Source: Bigelowiella natans CCMP2755
Lineage: Eukaryota; Protista; Cercozoa
NCBI GenBank assembly: GCA_000320545.1
Contig: ADNK01000104.1
Span: forward strand, 14,698 to 78,697
DNA length: 64,000 nucleotides
Reading direction: 5' to 3'
The notes below the pieces were generated by a model. It saw nothing but the letters and a program-made list of their open reading frames with translations, was not told where the DNA came from and ran no database searches. Positions within the stretch are counted from its first letter, which is position 1. Each line of letters begins with the position of its first letter. The translations under genes and the position numbers were made by a program. This document shows positions 27,062 through 42,334 of this stretch, one piece after another.

Positions 27062-29255
27062 GTATAGAGGAGAGAAGAGCAAGGAAGGATAGGGAGGGGG
27101 CAAGACTACGGGGGATGCAAGAGAGACGCACACGCCTATCGAATCTCTCAGGACAACCGCCTCTTCTTCTTCTTCTTCTTCTTCTTCTTCTTCTTCTTCT
27201 CTTCCCACATTACTACCTCTCCAAGCACGACTCCTGCATCTTTTTCATCATAGTAAAAGCTAATCACGTTCCGCGAGAGCAGGTTCTGCTGAATAATGTT
27301 GTCGAAGGCTGGTGTATAGCCTGCGGCTGAGAGGGAGGGGAAGGAAAGCCCCAGGATCCCATCGAATCGACCCGTCAGGAATACTTGCCCGACCTATAGA
27401 GGGAGAAGAGCGGCGGAGATAAGGAGTAAGGAAGGAGAGGGCAAGATCAGGGGAGGAAGACAAACAATAGCGCGCACGCGCGTGTGTGTGTGTTTGCGTT
27501 CACATGCATGCGAAAGCACCTCATTTGTGATTTCCCCAAACGTCTGCATAGGCACGTCTAGAGGACCGAGCTTGAAGTTGTCCTGTGCCAGATACCTACG
27601 AGAAAGATTTAGGTATTAGCGCATGACCCCATGTATTTGTGATACGGGATGCATGCATCTCGACACAGCGAACGATATGAGGATAGGTTGACAGCAATAT
27701 ATACATGAGAATAAATAGTATGATTGCGATATGCTGGAGCGTCCCTACCCTTCAATGCTGCCGGTTCCAAACTTAACGTTCATGTCCACGCCCACCACTG
27801 AAAACGTCGAAGACCGTTTCCTGGTTTCGTATGGTGTGGTGTGATTGAGAGCCGTACATGCATGTATCCCCTCTAGCTGCAACAAGCTTTCCCGTCTCCC
27901 ACACAAGTATTCATATACAATAAGCGCAACCATATGCGAGTGTAATGGGCCTTTTAATGGGGTTTTGCGATCATCATCAATCACGCAAGCCCCAAATCTC
28001 ACCCCGGGCGGCCACAACAGCTACAGACAGAGCAACAGCAGCAGCAATCACCTATCGAAACGATGATGGGCCATGCACGGCGCTGATGTACATTCGGTAG
28101 AGGTGATCCAAAGATTGGAGGAGCCCGTATCAAATATCACATTGAATTTCTGTGGAGGAGTGCCGACGTGAATCTGGCCTACATACTGATACCGACAGGA
28201 AGAAACAGAGGGGGGTGGAGGAAGACAGAACGATGCGAGAGTGAGAGTCAGAAAAGCGGCAGCTGTGGAAATGGTGTGTGTGCACCTGAGAGTTGTTGAT
28301 ATCGTCGAGATGGATTTTGTAGTTGGTCGTTCTGGCCTTGAACCGTGACTGGCGACTCTGGTTGTCTGCAGCCTGGATCTCCCTTTCGTCATTAGATTTC
28401 CCCATTTCCATCCTACCAGCTCCTACAAATTCGTGGACGACGGAAATATTACATGATAACGACGAATCGGAGTTGTGAAATCAGCCATAGCGAATACACA
28501 GTTTTTGTTTCTTTCCGCGGCATAGCAGTTCAACTTCGTTTTGGTTGACTCCGATGCCGTCTTTGTAATCACGTACGTTTGAGTTGTTTTAATTCAACAA
28601 AGTGCGTGCATGATTCATACCTTGCTGTCCTCTTTCTTCCCGTTCAAATTTTCCATCTGCGCCCATATCTCGGTCTCCTCCCCTCCCCTCAGAGGACGAG
28701 TAGAAGGAAGTTAGAAAATCTTCATTGTCCTGCCGATCGTCATTCTCGTAGTAGGCGCTCTGGATTTGGTCGTGGTGAGCTCCAAGTCTCTGGAAAAACT
28801 CCTGCTCCTCCTCGTCGGAGTACTCGAGCCGCTGCAAGGGAACATGCAATGTCGAAGCCAGTCTAGAGCCTGAGGAAGTATGCACCTGTGCCGGCGAAAT
28901 TGCCAATCATCACGGCAAGAGCAAGAGCAACAACAATTAGCACAAGCTTAGTCCGAACGCTCGCGAGAGTTAGAGTAAGTTAAGGTATGTGTCCATGTTG
29001 TTAATGTTTGTTTGAAACGGACTCCTCTCCTCTTCGATAACTCTGTAAACTCGCAACCTGCACAAAGCTGGAGTCGAAAGAAGCAGAGGAAATTATGGAA
29101 GAGGAAGAGTTGTTCCCACGCTTGTTAATAGACTCCCCGCCTGCCCTGTGGATGTGAACGCCCTGGACCAGAAGCCGTCCGCCATCACGTGAGTCGACGT
29201 TGAGGACAAGAACGATAAGAAGAGAACTGATCAAGTCCATCGCCGCCCACACCAT
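25964..29255 (-). CDS. Pepsin-family (A1) aspartic protease, cathepsin D/plasmepsin-like, with long prosegment
   Basis: [28 protein letters not shown]; KFGTGSIEG; second catalytic motif [12 protein letters not shown]; [42 protein letters not shown]; hydrophobic N-terminus. Confidence 0.93.
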
Positions 29256-29634
29256 TTTTTCCTCTTTCTCTCTCCACTCTCTCTCCCCCCGGCTGCGTCT
29301 GCACGCTGCTGGAGTCCTAATGAGGAAATTTAAAACTTCAAAAATTGAGTGGGCGAGAAAGCCGAAAAAATCCTGCACAAAAGTATCCCGACCTTTTTTA
29401 TTTTGTTAAATTTTTCCCCTGCAGAAACTTCCTGGAAACTTTCGGAACGAATCTTGTTTGCGACAGGGCCTCCGAGATGTCGTCACAGGCTGGAGGGGGG
29501 GAGAGAGATGCAGGTTGGCATTATTATGCGACAATGGGATTTCTATGTCGTAGGGCGGAATGGAATTGAGTTTCTATCGATTTACACTACGAGTATCTTG
29601 GCAGAAACCAAACCGAGATTTGTGATTACGCAAA

Positions 29635-30447
29635 ATGGAAGAAGCTATCAAGGCCCTGGAGTTCGAGGATGAGAATACGGGGGAGGTTGTGCAGAAAGGG
29701 GAGGGATGGAGGAGGGAGAAGAAATATTTATTCCATACCAGACTGACTTTCTTTTTTTGTTATGGTGTACAGCCCCTTAAAATAATCAGCTTCAAGAAGC
29801 TCGACGAGGAGCGAGCGAAGTTGTTTCGGGGCTCGTTCGAGGAGGTCATTCGGAAGGAAAGGGGCAAAGAGGGGTGGAGCGACTTGTTACATTTTGGGCT
29901 AGATCCCCGATTTTATTCCTTATTTATCTTGTGTATTCTCTATTCACAGTGCAAGAATGGTGACATCATCTCGGTCGACTGTGGATCGGTCCTATCCCTT
30001 TCGCATTTTCCTAAATATTCTGAGAAGCAAAAGCAGCAGCAGCGCTCTCCCCTTTCCCAACGTGAATGATGTTTGATCTTCCATACTCAAGACGCATTGT
30101 TACCTTTGTTTTGCTTACTATTGGCGTGCGCGAACCTACCAGGTTGAGCATATTGTGGTCTACGATGCTGGGAAGGCCAAGCCTGTTGTCGTCGAGTGCG
30201 GTATCACCCTCGCGGAGCTCTCGCCTACGCAGCTTGTAATAGCTAATATTGTAGAGAAAGTTGTGTATGATAATGGTGCTGCCACGTTATCAACAGTAAA
30301 CATCTGTTTCTGATGGCATAGGTCGAGTACTGCTTCGAGGAGAAAGGGCCTTGGATGGTAAGCCGCTGTTCGCTGCCAGCCCTTGAAGCATATCGAAAGA
30401 TGAAGTTCTCGCAGTGGAAGAAGGCAGTCACCCATCCTGATTGCATG

Positions 30448-30490
<43 letters not shown>

Positions 30491-30815
30491 TCGCGAGGAG
30501 AAGATGTGGGATCTCTAAATGCCGTTTTCTCCCATTAAGGCCTCGTTCCGTCGCGTGCTGAAGATGGGGCTTGTAACCTCCATCTTTGACCATCTTGCAT
30601 TTCCTGAGCCTTCGGAGGTAGTCACAATAACAAGCGGAACGTAGAGTGAGTGAATGCGCAGTAGGGCGGGAGGGGGGTTGCGTCGTTGTGTGACACTGTA
30701 CCGTAGCCGTGCACAGATAGAGCAGTAAAGTGATTTTGTTGGATTTCGGACGCAAGAACATCGATTACTTTCATTATTTGTTTAGCACATACTCTCTCTC
30801 TTTCTCTCTTTCACA

Positions 30816-30857
<42 letters not shown>

Positions 30858-32080
30858 AATTGAGAAAAGGGATTAACAGATCGTAAGATTGTAATCTTCC
30901 CTGACCACCTTCAGCATGAATCTATAGAGAAACGTTTGTGTTCACGATTGGGACGATGCTTAGTAGCTATCATCACCCCCTCTTCTCTCTTTTCAATCAT
31001 CCTAGGAGGAGCAAAAGAAGTGGCAGGTCAAGAACGAGGCGGGAAAGATAATCCACATCCCACACCCGGTCCATAACTAGAGAGGAGTCACTCATTATTG
31101 CACTGTTTCGAATTTTCATTATGTCTTCGTCGTAAGCGTTTTTCTGTGTAACCACAACGACAATGATGATGATAATGATGATAATGGTGATGACGATGAC
31201 GATGACGACGACGGCATGGTATTCGGATTGGAGAACAAAATACGACAAGTGAAGTTTGACAGCAGCAAGGTTTTCATGGTTACTAAACACTTTGCTGTCG
31301 ATCGGTCACCATTAGGTGAAAGCCCTGCGTATCTGGAACAAGTCGAAGGTTTCTTGCATCCTTCATTTTTATCATCATGCTCTCTGTGCTCGTTCACTCG
31401 TTGCTTGAACAACAAGTTGCAGCACCGCCCCTCCGCCCCCACCCCTCCCCTTTCCCGTTCCCCACTTTGCCAGCAAACATCGATGATGTCTACATTATAT
31501 ACCGAGTCTCTGCCATTCAATTCGCACGTTCGGATTCCCGGCTGCACCCCCTTCTCTGCTTGCTCTCTTTCTTTCTGTCGCATCTTCTTTCTGCTGCTGC
31601 TATACGACGAACCACCTAATCATGAATGCTCTTTTACATAAATTATCGTCACCAGGGTGAATACGAGGCTGTGCGGGCCCATATGGAAGGCGCGCCCGAG
31701 CCCAAGGTCGGCAGCCTGATTCCTTAGCTTATTACCACGACTACAGGCATGAAAATTATGGATTGTGGGAAAACGATGATGTACATCGTGCACTGACTAA
31801 CAAACGCGAGTGGTTACTACTTACGTAGGACGCTGAAAAGTACTGGCAAGATATGCTCAATGACTTGCGGGAGACAAGGTATTGCTACTGCTTTGGAGAT
31901 TGGCAAGATGCACGCACGCACGACATTACGAATTTTTTTTTCCTAAAGCTTTGATCACAACACCCCGACCAATTATTACCCTCTCTCCCCGGAGGCATCG
32001 TAGTCTGAACAATAATTTGTATATGCAGAGGGACGAAGCTAATTGACGACGTTCTCGCTACCAACTTATCGGAAACGTAG
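29635..32080 (+). CDS. Hypothetical protein, ~10 exons, function not recognised
   Basis: The spliced frame is continuous: MEEAIKALEFEDENTGE|PLKIISFKK...|VEYCFEEKGLGWVSRCSLPALEAYRKMKFSQWKK...|ASFRRVLKMGLVTSIFDHLAFPEPSE|...HIPHP|VKALRIWNKSK|GEYEAVRAHMEGAPEPK|DAEKYWQDML...LSET*. Confidence 0.75.
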
Positions 32081-32779
32081 GAGGTTGTCGATTGAGTAAC
32101 GAACATGTTTTATCATCACACCAGCCAGCAGCGGCAGTAACAGCATCGCTGTGGTGCATACCAACAGATGTGGATTCAATTCACCTCTTTTCGACTCGGG
32201 AACATCTTACCGCTCTTGTTTGTCATCATGATCAGCATTTTTGAAGCATGGGATCGATGGATTTTGACACATTTTATAGCATCAAAATGAACAGTATGTT
32301 GACATCTATGATCTCCTTGCCTATCACATGCGGTTAATTGGAATGTGACAAATCTTGTAGATGTAGTTGTGCGCATACTAGTATAGCTATATAGCTTCAA
32401 TCACACAAAACATACGCCATGCGCATGCTAACATGCATGTGCCTGCGCTGCAGAATACACTTATATTGACGAAGCTGCTTGTGCTGCACTTGTGCAATGT
32501 ATGAAGTCATGCGTGTCTATTATGCGCTTATCATGATGACGTGACAATAATCTAGCAATGGCGGGGTACGCGGCTGCCCGTCATGACTGTAAGCTTCAGT
32601 ACGCCATGCTAGCATGCATATGCCCATCCTGTGTGGCGTACAGCAATTAGACAATTACAACGTTTACAGTTGCGTCGATATGACACAAAAATATTTGCGA
32701 ATTGCTAAAATCGCACAATGCGTGGCAATATTGGACGATGACGACGCTGATAAGCGATGCCGAAATTGGCCGGAAACGG

Positions 32780-34123
32780 CTATCGCCTTCCAGTCTGGAA
32801 TTTCCACAGAACAAAAGCAAATAGTAGCTGGAAAAACACCTGTTAAAGAGGGAGGGGGGGGGGGGGGGGGAAGTAGTGGGATAGTGATGTTATTAGTAGT
32901 TGAGGTCAAATATGGCACTCTATAGTTGGCAACAGCTGTCGGAGGAGAAGTAGTAGTCCTAGAAACAGCTTCATCATTTTAATTAGTGTTGGATCCAAGA
33001 TGGTCTAACGAGCGCGATATCGTGCTCATACGGTGATATATATATTGACACTGTTTATTGCTGATTTGTTTATCGTCCTCTGCCTTGCGGCAGCGACGTT
33101 CGCTACTACCACGTATGCAAACAAGATCCCGAACTCGGTAGGAACATCCACATCGTTCATTGAGTAGAATTTCAGCACCTGAGCAGACCAAACAGCAGCA
33201 AAATCGGTGGTGATGCTGGCGGCGGTTCATGGCTACGCAATTGACCTTAAACAAAATGTTATAATGCGACATCATCGTTACAATCATCATCAGCATCATC
33301 AGCATCATTATTGTCCTTATCCTCATCTCATCATAATGGTTCCAGCTATCGTCATGACTGTGATTGTGGTTTGCCGAAATGCTTTCTCCCCCCCCCCCCC
33401 CCCCCCTTCTCCATTGCGCTTGCCCATTCTACCGCCTCTCCAGATTGGAAGAAAGAGTCGCTGTCGAAACTATCAATCGAATCGAATCTGCAGTCGAGGA
33501 TTATACATCACAAAAAGAAAGGGAGAAGACGAATACGAATCATATGGGGAGGAGGAAGAGGAAAAGGAAGAGGAGGAGGAGGAGGAGGGCACACGACAGG
33601 CTCCGCATTTTAAATAATCTACAAATGAAGGGAGGAGTAGTTTTTGGCCCGCTTCATCACCAATTATCCCCTCCTCACCCTCCCCCCCCCTCCTCTCCAA
33701 CCCCATCCCCCGCCCCCTTTCTGCAAGAAGCGAAGCGTTGTAATAAGACGAACTCGTTGTGCATGAATATGCGGAAGCTATAGGTAGAGAAGCCAAGATG
33801 GTAGCCCCAAATGAACCACGGAGGGATTTGGCTCTTCACTATGAAAAAGCCTTGGCAGAGCATGAAAAAGCCGTAAAACCTATAGCAGGCCAAGTCGCAA
33901 CGCAATGGCGGCAACACACAAGTGACAGCATCAGGAGCGAGCAAGCAGAGGGTTGGATGCTACAGATCTATTCTTTCAATTTTTCCTTCCGCAAAGGATG
34001 TTGTAGACGGTCACTGCCTGCATGCAATATTATTACCCGGCGGCGAGGGCAATGCCGATGATGTAGTGCGGCACCAGCACGGCCATCACAGACATGAATC
34101 CTGCATTGTGTGTATATGTGTAT

Positions 34124-34165
<42 letters not shown>

Positions 34166-35682
34166 GTGTGTGTAGGTGGAGGGGGAGGGGTGGGAGCAGG
34201 GATGAAGAGAGTTAAAAGCGTTCATTAACAACGGTATCAAGTCCGGTGGTGATAGTTATAGTGCTTAGTGGAGGAATCGATGTCATATAAATCCTAAGCT
34301 GCGCTCGGTGCGTTAATTTGCTTGTTTGACTTCGTTGCGACATCGGCACGGTTTTAAGGTGAGCAACCTGGCACCCGCAGAGGGAGATACTACCCAATAT
34401 ATCAATGCAAGAAGCGCATAGCCACCACCATGCACGGCACTATTCTTTGCTGCTGCTGCTGCTGCTACCTTCTGCGATTAAGAGCGAGACGAATAGTGTC
34501 AGTAGGTAAATGGCGAACCCTGGATGAAAGCAGCACCACGGAAAGACGATTATTCGATTTGATTGTATTGACAGGAGCATCGTATTATTAGTGTAGCTGG
34601 TGTGTGTTATTAGTAGTCTTTCGAGTGCTAGCAGGCCACAGGAGGAGACTGTAGTGGTGGTGGGGGGAGGAGGGGGGGGGGGGGTCTAATCGCGAGACAA
34701 ATATCATGGATTGTGTTTCTTGCAGGGCACGATAAGTATATGTATAAAATATTTATTTATACATGCTCCTCCTCCTCCTCCTCCTCCTCCTCCTCCTCCT
34801 TATCGTCATCACCACCACCACCATCATCATCATAATTTCGAATAACTGCGGATATAAAATTTATGCTAGATGCTTTAGGTTGCGCTAGATTGCAGCGATT
34901 GTTGTCGTTAAGGAGGCGGAGCGCTCCCACCGTTGAGTTTGGCCTGAAGAACTACAAGAGTCGTCGTCAGGAGCGCCAAGAGAAACACGCCCGGTAGAGA
35001 CGTTAGGAACTGAGTATTGCATGTGTTATTGTCCATCACTATCGGTCTTTCTTACTCCCTATCGAGACAAGCTGCTGTTGTCGCTGATTCTACTTGCATC
35101 AGCAGTCATAAAAGCGAGCTCTTGTAGCCAATAGCAAGTGACGATGACGATGTTGATGGATGATAATGAGGAGGTGCGTGATGATGATTCATTAGGCACT
35201 GCTTTATTGCTGTTGCTTTTGCTGCTGCGTGGGTGAGATTGTGTATGAGCTTATTCTTTGCAGGTTTTGCAACCCCCCTCTTCCTCACCCTCTTCCGCCT
35301 CCTTAGGTCCCAGATGACTGATAGTAGTATTGACTACTGTCTGATTGCTTACCATAATTACCTTCGATATTGCGTACTCTGGCACGTTGTATGCGCGATT
35401 GAGCCGCTCCTAAAGGAGAAACAGGATAGCACGCATAAGCAACTGCATCAAGCTTTCCCCTCCCGATCCGGCAAGAAGTATGCGATTATAATGCGATTAT
35501 TATGTTGCGATTATAATGATGAAAGCGACGACATGGTGACAGGAAAGGCAAAACGAGGAGGAGGAGGAGGAGGAGGAGGAGGAGGAGGAGATATATCGTA
35601 TCGGCTGATACCCTACAACGGAACTTTACAAAAGTTGAAAAGGATGGACTCTTCAGGAGCCCATAATTTTTGGAGAAGATAA

Positions 35683-35727
<45 letters not shown>

Positions 35728-36077
35728 TTTCACGACTGACGCAAAGTCTGAATCACCCCAAGCCCCTTCCCCCCCCCCTCCCCCTTCCACTACTTTATTT
35801 CTCCTTCCTCCTAACGTGTGCGTTGTCTAATGATGCGGCCGCAAGACGTAGTAGTAGTAGTAGCAGTAGTGGTAGGACTAGTAGTACCTTGAGAAACACA
35901 TCCCTCTGGATGATAAAGAAGGGCAGCACAGCCACGCTCATAAACACCATAAAAGCAGCAATGTAGAATAGCACAGATATCCGAGAATTCACGCCTGTCC
36001 GTTGCGGAGCAGCGCATTATGAGATTGCGATGACGATTACAATATGATTACACACACACACACACACACACACATAA

Positions 36078-36120
<43 letters not shown>

Positions 36121-36389
36121 CATTTGTGAGTCGCCTCTCTCAGGATGTCAACTATGGATGTTTGTTGATGTGATTTCGACTTATCTCCAAAACTGCGCTT
36201 TCCTACTACTACTACTACTACTACTACTACTGCTGCTGCTACTACTACTACTACAGTTGTAATATGATCTCTGTAGCAGCATATGTAGCTCTGCATTCAA
36301 AGCTGCCAACAGCTGAGGAACTAAGTAATAAAAGTATCGTGGCGTCTTTGCCCGCCCTAGCTGCTTTATGCTCATACATCTGTACTGCT

Positions 36390-36430
<41 letters not shown>

Positions 36431-37943
36431 TCAAAGTCCTTTTTATTGCCAAGATTCAGATACATCAATCCAACCATCAGTGCAAGCATTGAGTACCTAC
36501 GACCGCCACACAAAGTCACGGGGATGGTGAGGATGATGGGGAGGAGGAGACTTACTTCAACAACCATTCCCATTAACGATGATGACGATTCGGTGTAAGT
36601 GTGTTGATATGATGGCCTCTCTCTCTCTCTTCCTCTCTCCCCCCCCTCTACTACTACTACTACTACTACATGGCGAGTCTAACGCCGATGATGCCGGGAT
36701 CTCGAATGAGCTCCAGAAAGTCTCGGTGCACTAGCGTTGTGAGTCGCTCGCAGAACCCAGGACTACGTGCGTTATCATAATGACTCAATGGGGGGAGGGG
36801 GGTGCATGTTTTATCAGTACATGCATATGTAAAGAAAACATAGCATTTTAGCCAAGATCATATTGTTGAAGGACGAATTTAACTTGCCCTTGTGCAGATC
36901 TTACGACAACGATCGAAGGCGAAGAAATGAGTCACGGTCACCGCGAGGATTATCACCACCACGACCTCCAACATCAACACCACCATTATCATTATCTTCT
37001 TCTTATTACTATGACTATCACCATTCTCACCGCTGTAGATGCTTGTGTTCGTATGGCTCGTCTGTCTTCCTCTCTGGCTGCTGAGAATTAACGGGTAAAC
37101 ATCCCGGTTTACGCACGCTAGTGAAGCAGTAGTGGCAACAATGATGATCGGGATTGATATTGCTAATTTGTTCTTGTGTTGTGTATTTCTAGGAGGCTGC
37201 GAAGAACAGGAGCACAACATCACCACCATCGTCAACTCCGCAACCATTTCATCATTAATATGATCTAGCCTGCCTCGAGTAGTACCGCTGTTCTCCTATC
37301 AGTCTCCTTCTTAGCTTCATACTGTGCGTAGGCCTCGATGAGTACCTTCACGTCATCTCTCTAATGGATGGATACGAACGAGGACAGAGACCGTGGCAAC
37401 GACGAAGAGAGGAGGACGGGCAGATTGCTTCAATGCATCAAATCACAATTGGTTTTCTTGCGACGACTCGTACAGAGCGAACAATCGCGTGATACGAATT
37501 ATCGCTCCCGATGCTGTTTCTGTCACATGAATTGATGGTGACACTACGTGATTTTCACGAGGTGTGTCTAGGCTGTGGAGATGATGTTCTCAAGCTGCAT
37601 GAGCGCAAAGAAAACGATATAAAAGCTCATCATCATCATCATCATTCATTACTGTTCGTCCGGGAAAATCGGCGTTAATAAGCGATATGATGAAATCTGC
37701 ATAGAGAAGGAAGAGGAGGGGGATGAGAATGAAACACGAGAGGGGCAGGGAGGTGATAGCGACTGTGCTTAATTTCAAGGGAGAAAAAGAGAGGTGGACG
37801 ATAACAAACCAGACACCGTACGTACTACCTGCCGGATTTGAGTAAGATGGGCATGCTTTGCCGATCGATTTGAAGTAATTGAGACACTTTTCCCCTGCGG
37901 GGCCTATCCAATTACGGTGTCGAGTTTATATCCTCCTCCCCCC

Positions 37944-38021
<78 letters not shown>

Positions 38022-38296
38022 ATCCGTCTCTCCCCAGCTCCCCATCCTTTTCCCCGAAGAAACAACCGAAATAGACCGACTGGCCCGCTGACATGAATCC
38101 GACCTGGAGTTAAAAGAAGAAGAAGAAGAAGAAAAAGAACGTTGAGAGAACATCAGCACAAACACCTACATCGTCTCTCACTTGTTATGTGCCGTGCATA
38201 CACACATGTGCACTAAAGAAACTTCAACCCATCCTTTTCCACGCGTATCAAAACGCATCGAAACTCAGCCACCACAATCATCATGGAAACCTTCCT

Positions 38297-38355
<59 letters not shown>

Positions 38356-40131
38356 GCACTTTGTCGAACAGGCCCCAGATCTCAGAGGAGGGCTGGTGAA
38401 TGGAAAGAATGATTGTATGTCCTGGTAAAAATGATAACAAGAGGGGGAGATGATGATGACGATGATGGTGATGGATGACGATGATGATAATGGCAATGAT
38501 GATGACATGCTAAACCGGAGAAAACAAATTGACAAATAATGCGCGTCCCTTGAGTCACTGTCTTCTTCAAATACCATTTTTTCCAAGCCCTTTCAGATGG
38601 TCAATCTAACGCAAATGTGCACGGGAAGATACCAGCACGTAAGCAAGAGAATACCAGTACTTATTTAGCATAATGTACATTCATCGTGTGTGTGCGGTAT
38701 GTGTTTCAAATGAGAGATATATTCTTATCGGATTGTAGTCAAGGTTCAGTTGTGCAGGTTTTCATGAGAAAATACCAGAGCGAACGCTGAGGCAGAGTCG
38801 AGTCCGCTTGTCGGCTCATCTAAAACCTGTGAGGAGGGGGTGGTAGTAGTGGTAGAAGAAGAAGAAGAAGAAGAAGAAGAAGAAGAAGAAGAAGATGATG
38901 ATGATGATGAAGAAGAAGAAGAAGATGATGATGATGAAGAGGATTTGTGGCCCTACAGGAGCACCTACCAACACCCTGACGCTTTTTATTTTACAGGCTG
39001 TTTCGGCCAATATGCAAACGACATCTGCTACTCAAAGGGACAGAAAACGCCGCTTGATGACATCGTACTACTGTAATTTATAAACACGGACATTCAAATT
39101 GACAACATCTTTCACCAGGAGCGAGGGACTTCGGATGAGCTCTACCGCGACACTGAGGCGGCGCTTTTGGCCACCGGAAAGGCCCTTCCGAAACACTGTT
39201 CCTACGACCGTATCCGCACAGACACGCAACCCCATCTGGTGGTCGAAATTATTACAAGAATGAATTATTATGGGGGAGGAGAGCAGTGGTGAAATAACAC
39301 GGGCACGGATACTCCTCTCCTAACAACCGAAGCATTAAGAACCTCGTTTATAGTTTCCTCAACGATGTCGTCAATCCTGGTGCGTAGATTTCCCCCGACC
39401 GTGAGCCTGGCTGCGAAACGAAGGGTCTCGCTTGCCGTCAATGTCCCTAGGATTCGAAATGGTACCAATTTCAAACAAAGCACTAACTAAATGCACCAGA
39501 AGAAGAACAACGGCAAAATTGCTGCAGCGAATGCGTCTTCAAGTAAAAATTCATCTTGATCTCGAAATAAGGTTCGCAGGATAGGGCGGTGCAGCGTATC
39601 GTGCGGTAAACAAATACCTACAAGCGCCTCTTCTTGAGGAACATAAGCTCCAAAATTGGCAAACGTATTGGGATCCCTGACCGCGGTATGGTTCAGCAGT
39701 ACATCTCCGGAGAGTATACGCTCTGCAGGAGAAGGGTCGATTCGCGAGGCGACAAAATCCATCAATGTTGTTTTTCCAGACCCAGATGGGCCCATGACAG
39801 CGCAAACCTGAACGACGTACGTGCGAAGCTACACTAAGGAGAATGTTCGAAGCGTAGCAAAGAAAAGGAAATGTGGACGGTGCAACAAAGTTTTACTTCA
39901 ACGGTGATGGACCCCCCCCCCCCCCCAACTTAGCGCATCACACTATTGTACCTCTCCTGGCTGGACGTCTCCGTTGAGATTCTGCAGGATCTTTCTCTCG
40001 CCAACCTGGAAGTTGACCCTCGTCCATTGCAGATGCACGGGCTGAGCAGCTGATCTGAGTCTTTCTTGTGAGCTAACCTTCGCACCCACCATGATGATCG
40101 ATTCTCGCTTCGCATCAGGACCCCTCATCAT
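32780..40131 (-). CDS. ABCG (White-family) half-transporter, many exons
   Basis: Walker A VMGPSGSGKTTL; Q-loop AYVPQEE; signature KGLSGGQKRRLSVAVEL; Walker B LDEPTSGLDSASA; C-terminal TMD GFFIVKSQIPPWFIWGYHLGFSTYSFRIFMHNEF; ends LWKFQTGRR*. Confidence 0.93.
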
Positions 40132-41599
40132 CTCCTCGATAACGATGTAAAATGTTGTAAAAAGAAGATTGTTATGGGTGTTGGTTCTATGCTCTACAGC
40201 GGCATGGACTCTTCTGGAGGGTGAATGAGGAGCAAGGGGCGCCTAAGGTTTCCCTCTAGGGTTGTTACGATCAAAACGAAATGCATCCATTTTTTGTCCT
40301 GCGACAATGCTATAACCGTTGCAGCAAACACCTTTCGCTGCATTTCCGTGGGAATTTGAACATCCAGACGCTTGCAAGTCGTCATGACTTACGATTTAAG
40401 TTCCTAGAGTTCGTAGCATCATCCGGATTTGTCGTTCATAGCGAACGCCTTTAAAAAATTTCCTAGACCATTCCAATTTCCAACTGACCCAAAAAAATAA
40501 ATGCGATGTAAATGAGTGAAATCCTTGGAAATTCCATTGTTTTTTAACATGACGACAATGATCGAATGAAATCTTAAATGAGAAACGAAAACTTTCTGCT
40601 CGGCTCCCAGAAGAGAGAAAGAAAGTTGTTCGATGTTCGGCTCCAGCCAGGGAAGGAAAGGTCGTGTGACGTTCGTCATCGACCTGGAAGAACAAGGTGC
40701 CACAAATGACAGGATGGTAGATCCATGATATGATTATTGATGTTCCTAGGTTGAGTAAGAACTCGCACAGCAATGCAAATACAACCGAAAGAACATGTTG
40801 TCCAAGGTCAGTCTTGTGCGCATGCACACGTAGGTGCGTCCACGCGGCGTGCATGTGGGTGACGGATGACTTTCACAACTTCGAAATGAGGCAATGACGA
40901 CTCTTGCCTTGTCAATTAGGATGGTGAGGGAAGAGCTTGGATCAGAAAAGCCTAGATTGGGAGCCTAGCTGCCTCATCCTTGCGGGCCCACACCATCATT
41001 CGCGCTCAAATGCGAGTCGCAAAACGAGTTCTGTTTTTGGTTCCTGGTGCCAGAGTGGTCTGTCATGACCCACAGTGAGAAACGAGTTTCATGCATGGTT
41101 CATGCCGAATGATGCATGCAGAGTTTCTTGTTCAAAGTGGACACGTGGATTGATGGGAAAAAAAGGCGAATCAAAACACGTTTTCTCGAACATTGAAGTG
41201 TGCAATGTTGCAACGCTAGAACGTGCTAGCGTACATAGTTCCAATCACATCCGAGCGAGCGTCCTGATTGAAGATCGAAGATCTGAGTTCTGCTTCTGGT
41301 GTGCACGGATGTACTTGTTGGAGGGGCGCGTGTGACCGTCGCACGTTCACTCGATCAGGCGTGCACGTGAACGACTGCATCGTGGATGCAGCAATGATGT
41401 CGTTTCGGCTGTGCGTGCATGAGCCGGTAAATGTGTTCATGGCATTGACCGATAGTTACCGTCAATGACAAGTTTCCTTCCCGAATGAATTCATCGTGGA
41501 CGAATGTCCGTGTGTTTTTCTCTTGCGACAACGCCTCTTGGTCAACTGCTCTCATGCTTTTCAAAAGCCATCGGTCCCAAAAGAGCACGTGTAGCTGCT

Positions 41600-41860
41600 C
41601 GCAAGGAACGAAAAAAGAAACTGACCCTTGAAGGACACACAAATCACATGTTTGGCTGTGCGTTGTCTGCAGACGCGGGAAACTTGCGATGTCTGAAATC
41701 AGGGACCAAAAATGCACAACTTGGAGAAATTTTAGACGGTGCACAAAACTGCACACCCTCGAAGGACACACAGAAAAGGCGACTACTTGCCATGCGTTGT
41801 CCGCGAACGGGAAGCTGGCGATTTCGTGCCTGATGGCAAAAACTCATCACCTGGAAAACT
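41600..41860 (+). pseudogene. Degenerate WD40-repeat fragment inside a TpA-depleted island
   Basis: LTLEGHTNHMFGCALSAD and KLHTLEGHTEKATTCHALSANGKLAISC lie in different frames, so the fragment is frameshifted. Confidence 0.65.
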
Positions 41861-42334
41861 TCAGGTGGGGCTCAAGTGCACCCCACATCCTGAGCACGTG
41901 CATGTGCATCCCGAGGCGTGCAACGATACGCATGCCAGCATGTGCATGTGAGACGGCGATGAACTTTTGCACTCGCTTCAATGGTGTAGTCATCCCACTA
42001 GCGCAGCCATGCAAAGCTGCGGCCACCGCTTGGCCGCTAGACCGCGCTAGCTCATCTAGTCATGCATGTGACTCCAAGCTAGATGTCCAGATGTCTAGAC
42101 AGAGTCAGCGTGCTGGCAGTATTTCGCAAATTTGGACACACAAATAGACAATAAAGAACATTATTGCATGCCTACTGTTGTCTACTGTTCCGTTGAACGA
42201 CAGACATTTGCACGTGCTGCAAAAAGTCAACATGCTGCTGTGCAAGTTCATTATCAGAAGGCCAGGAAGTGACAAAAGGCTAAGTTGGCAGGTGTGGTGC
42301 AGTGGACGAGCAGTGTTATCCATTGAATATCCCA

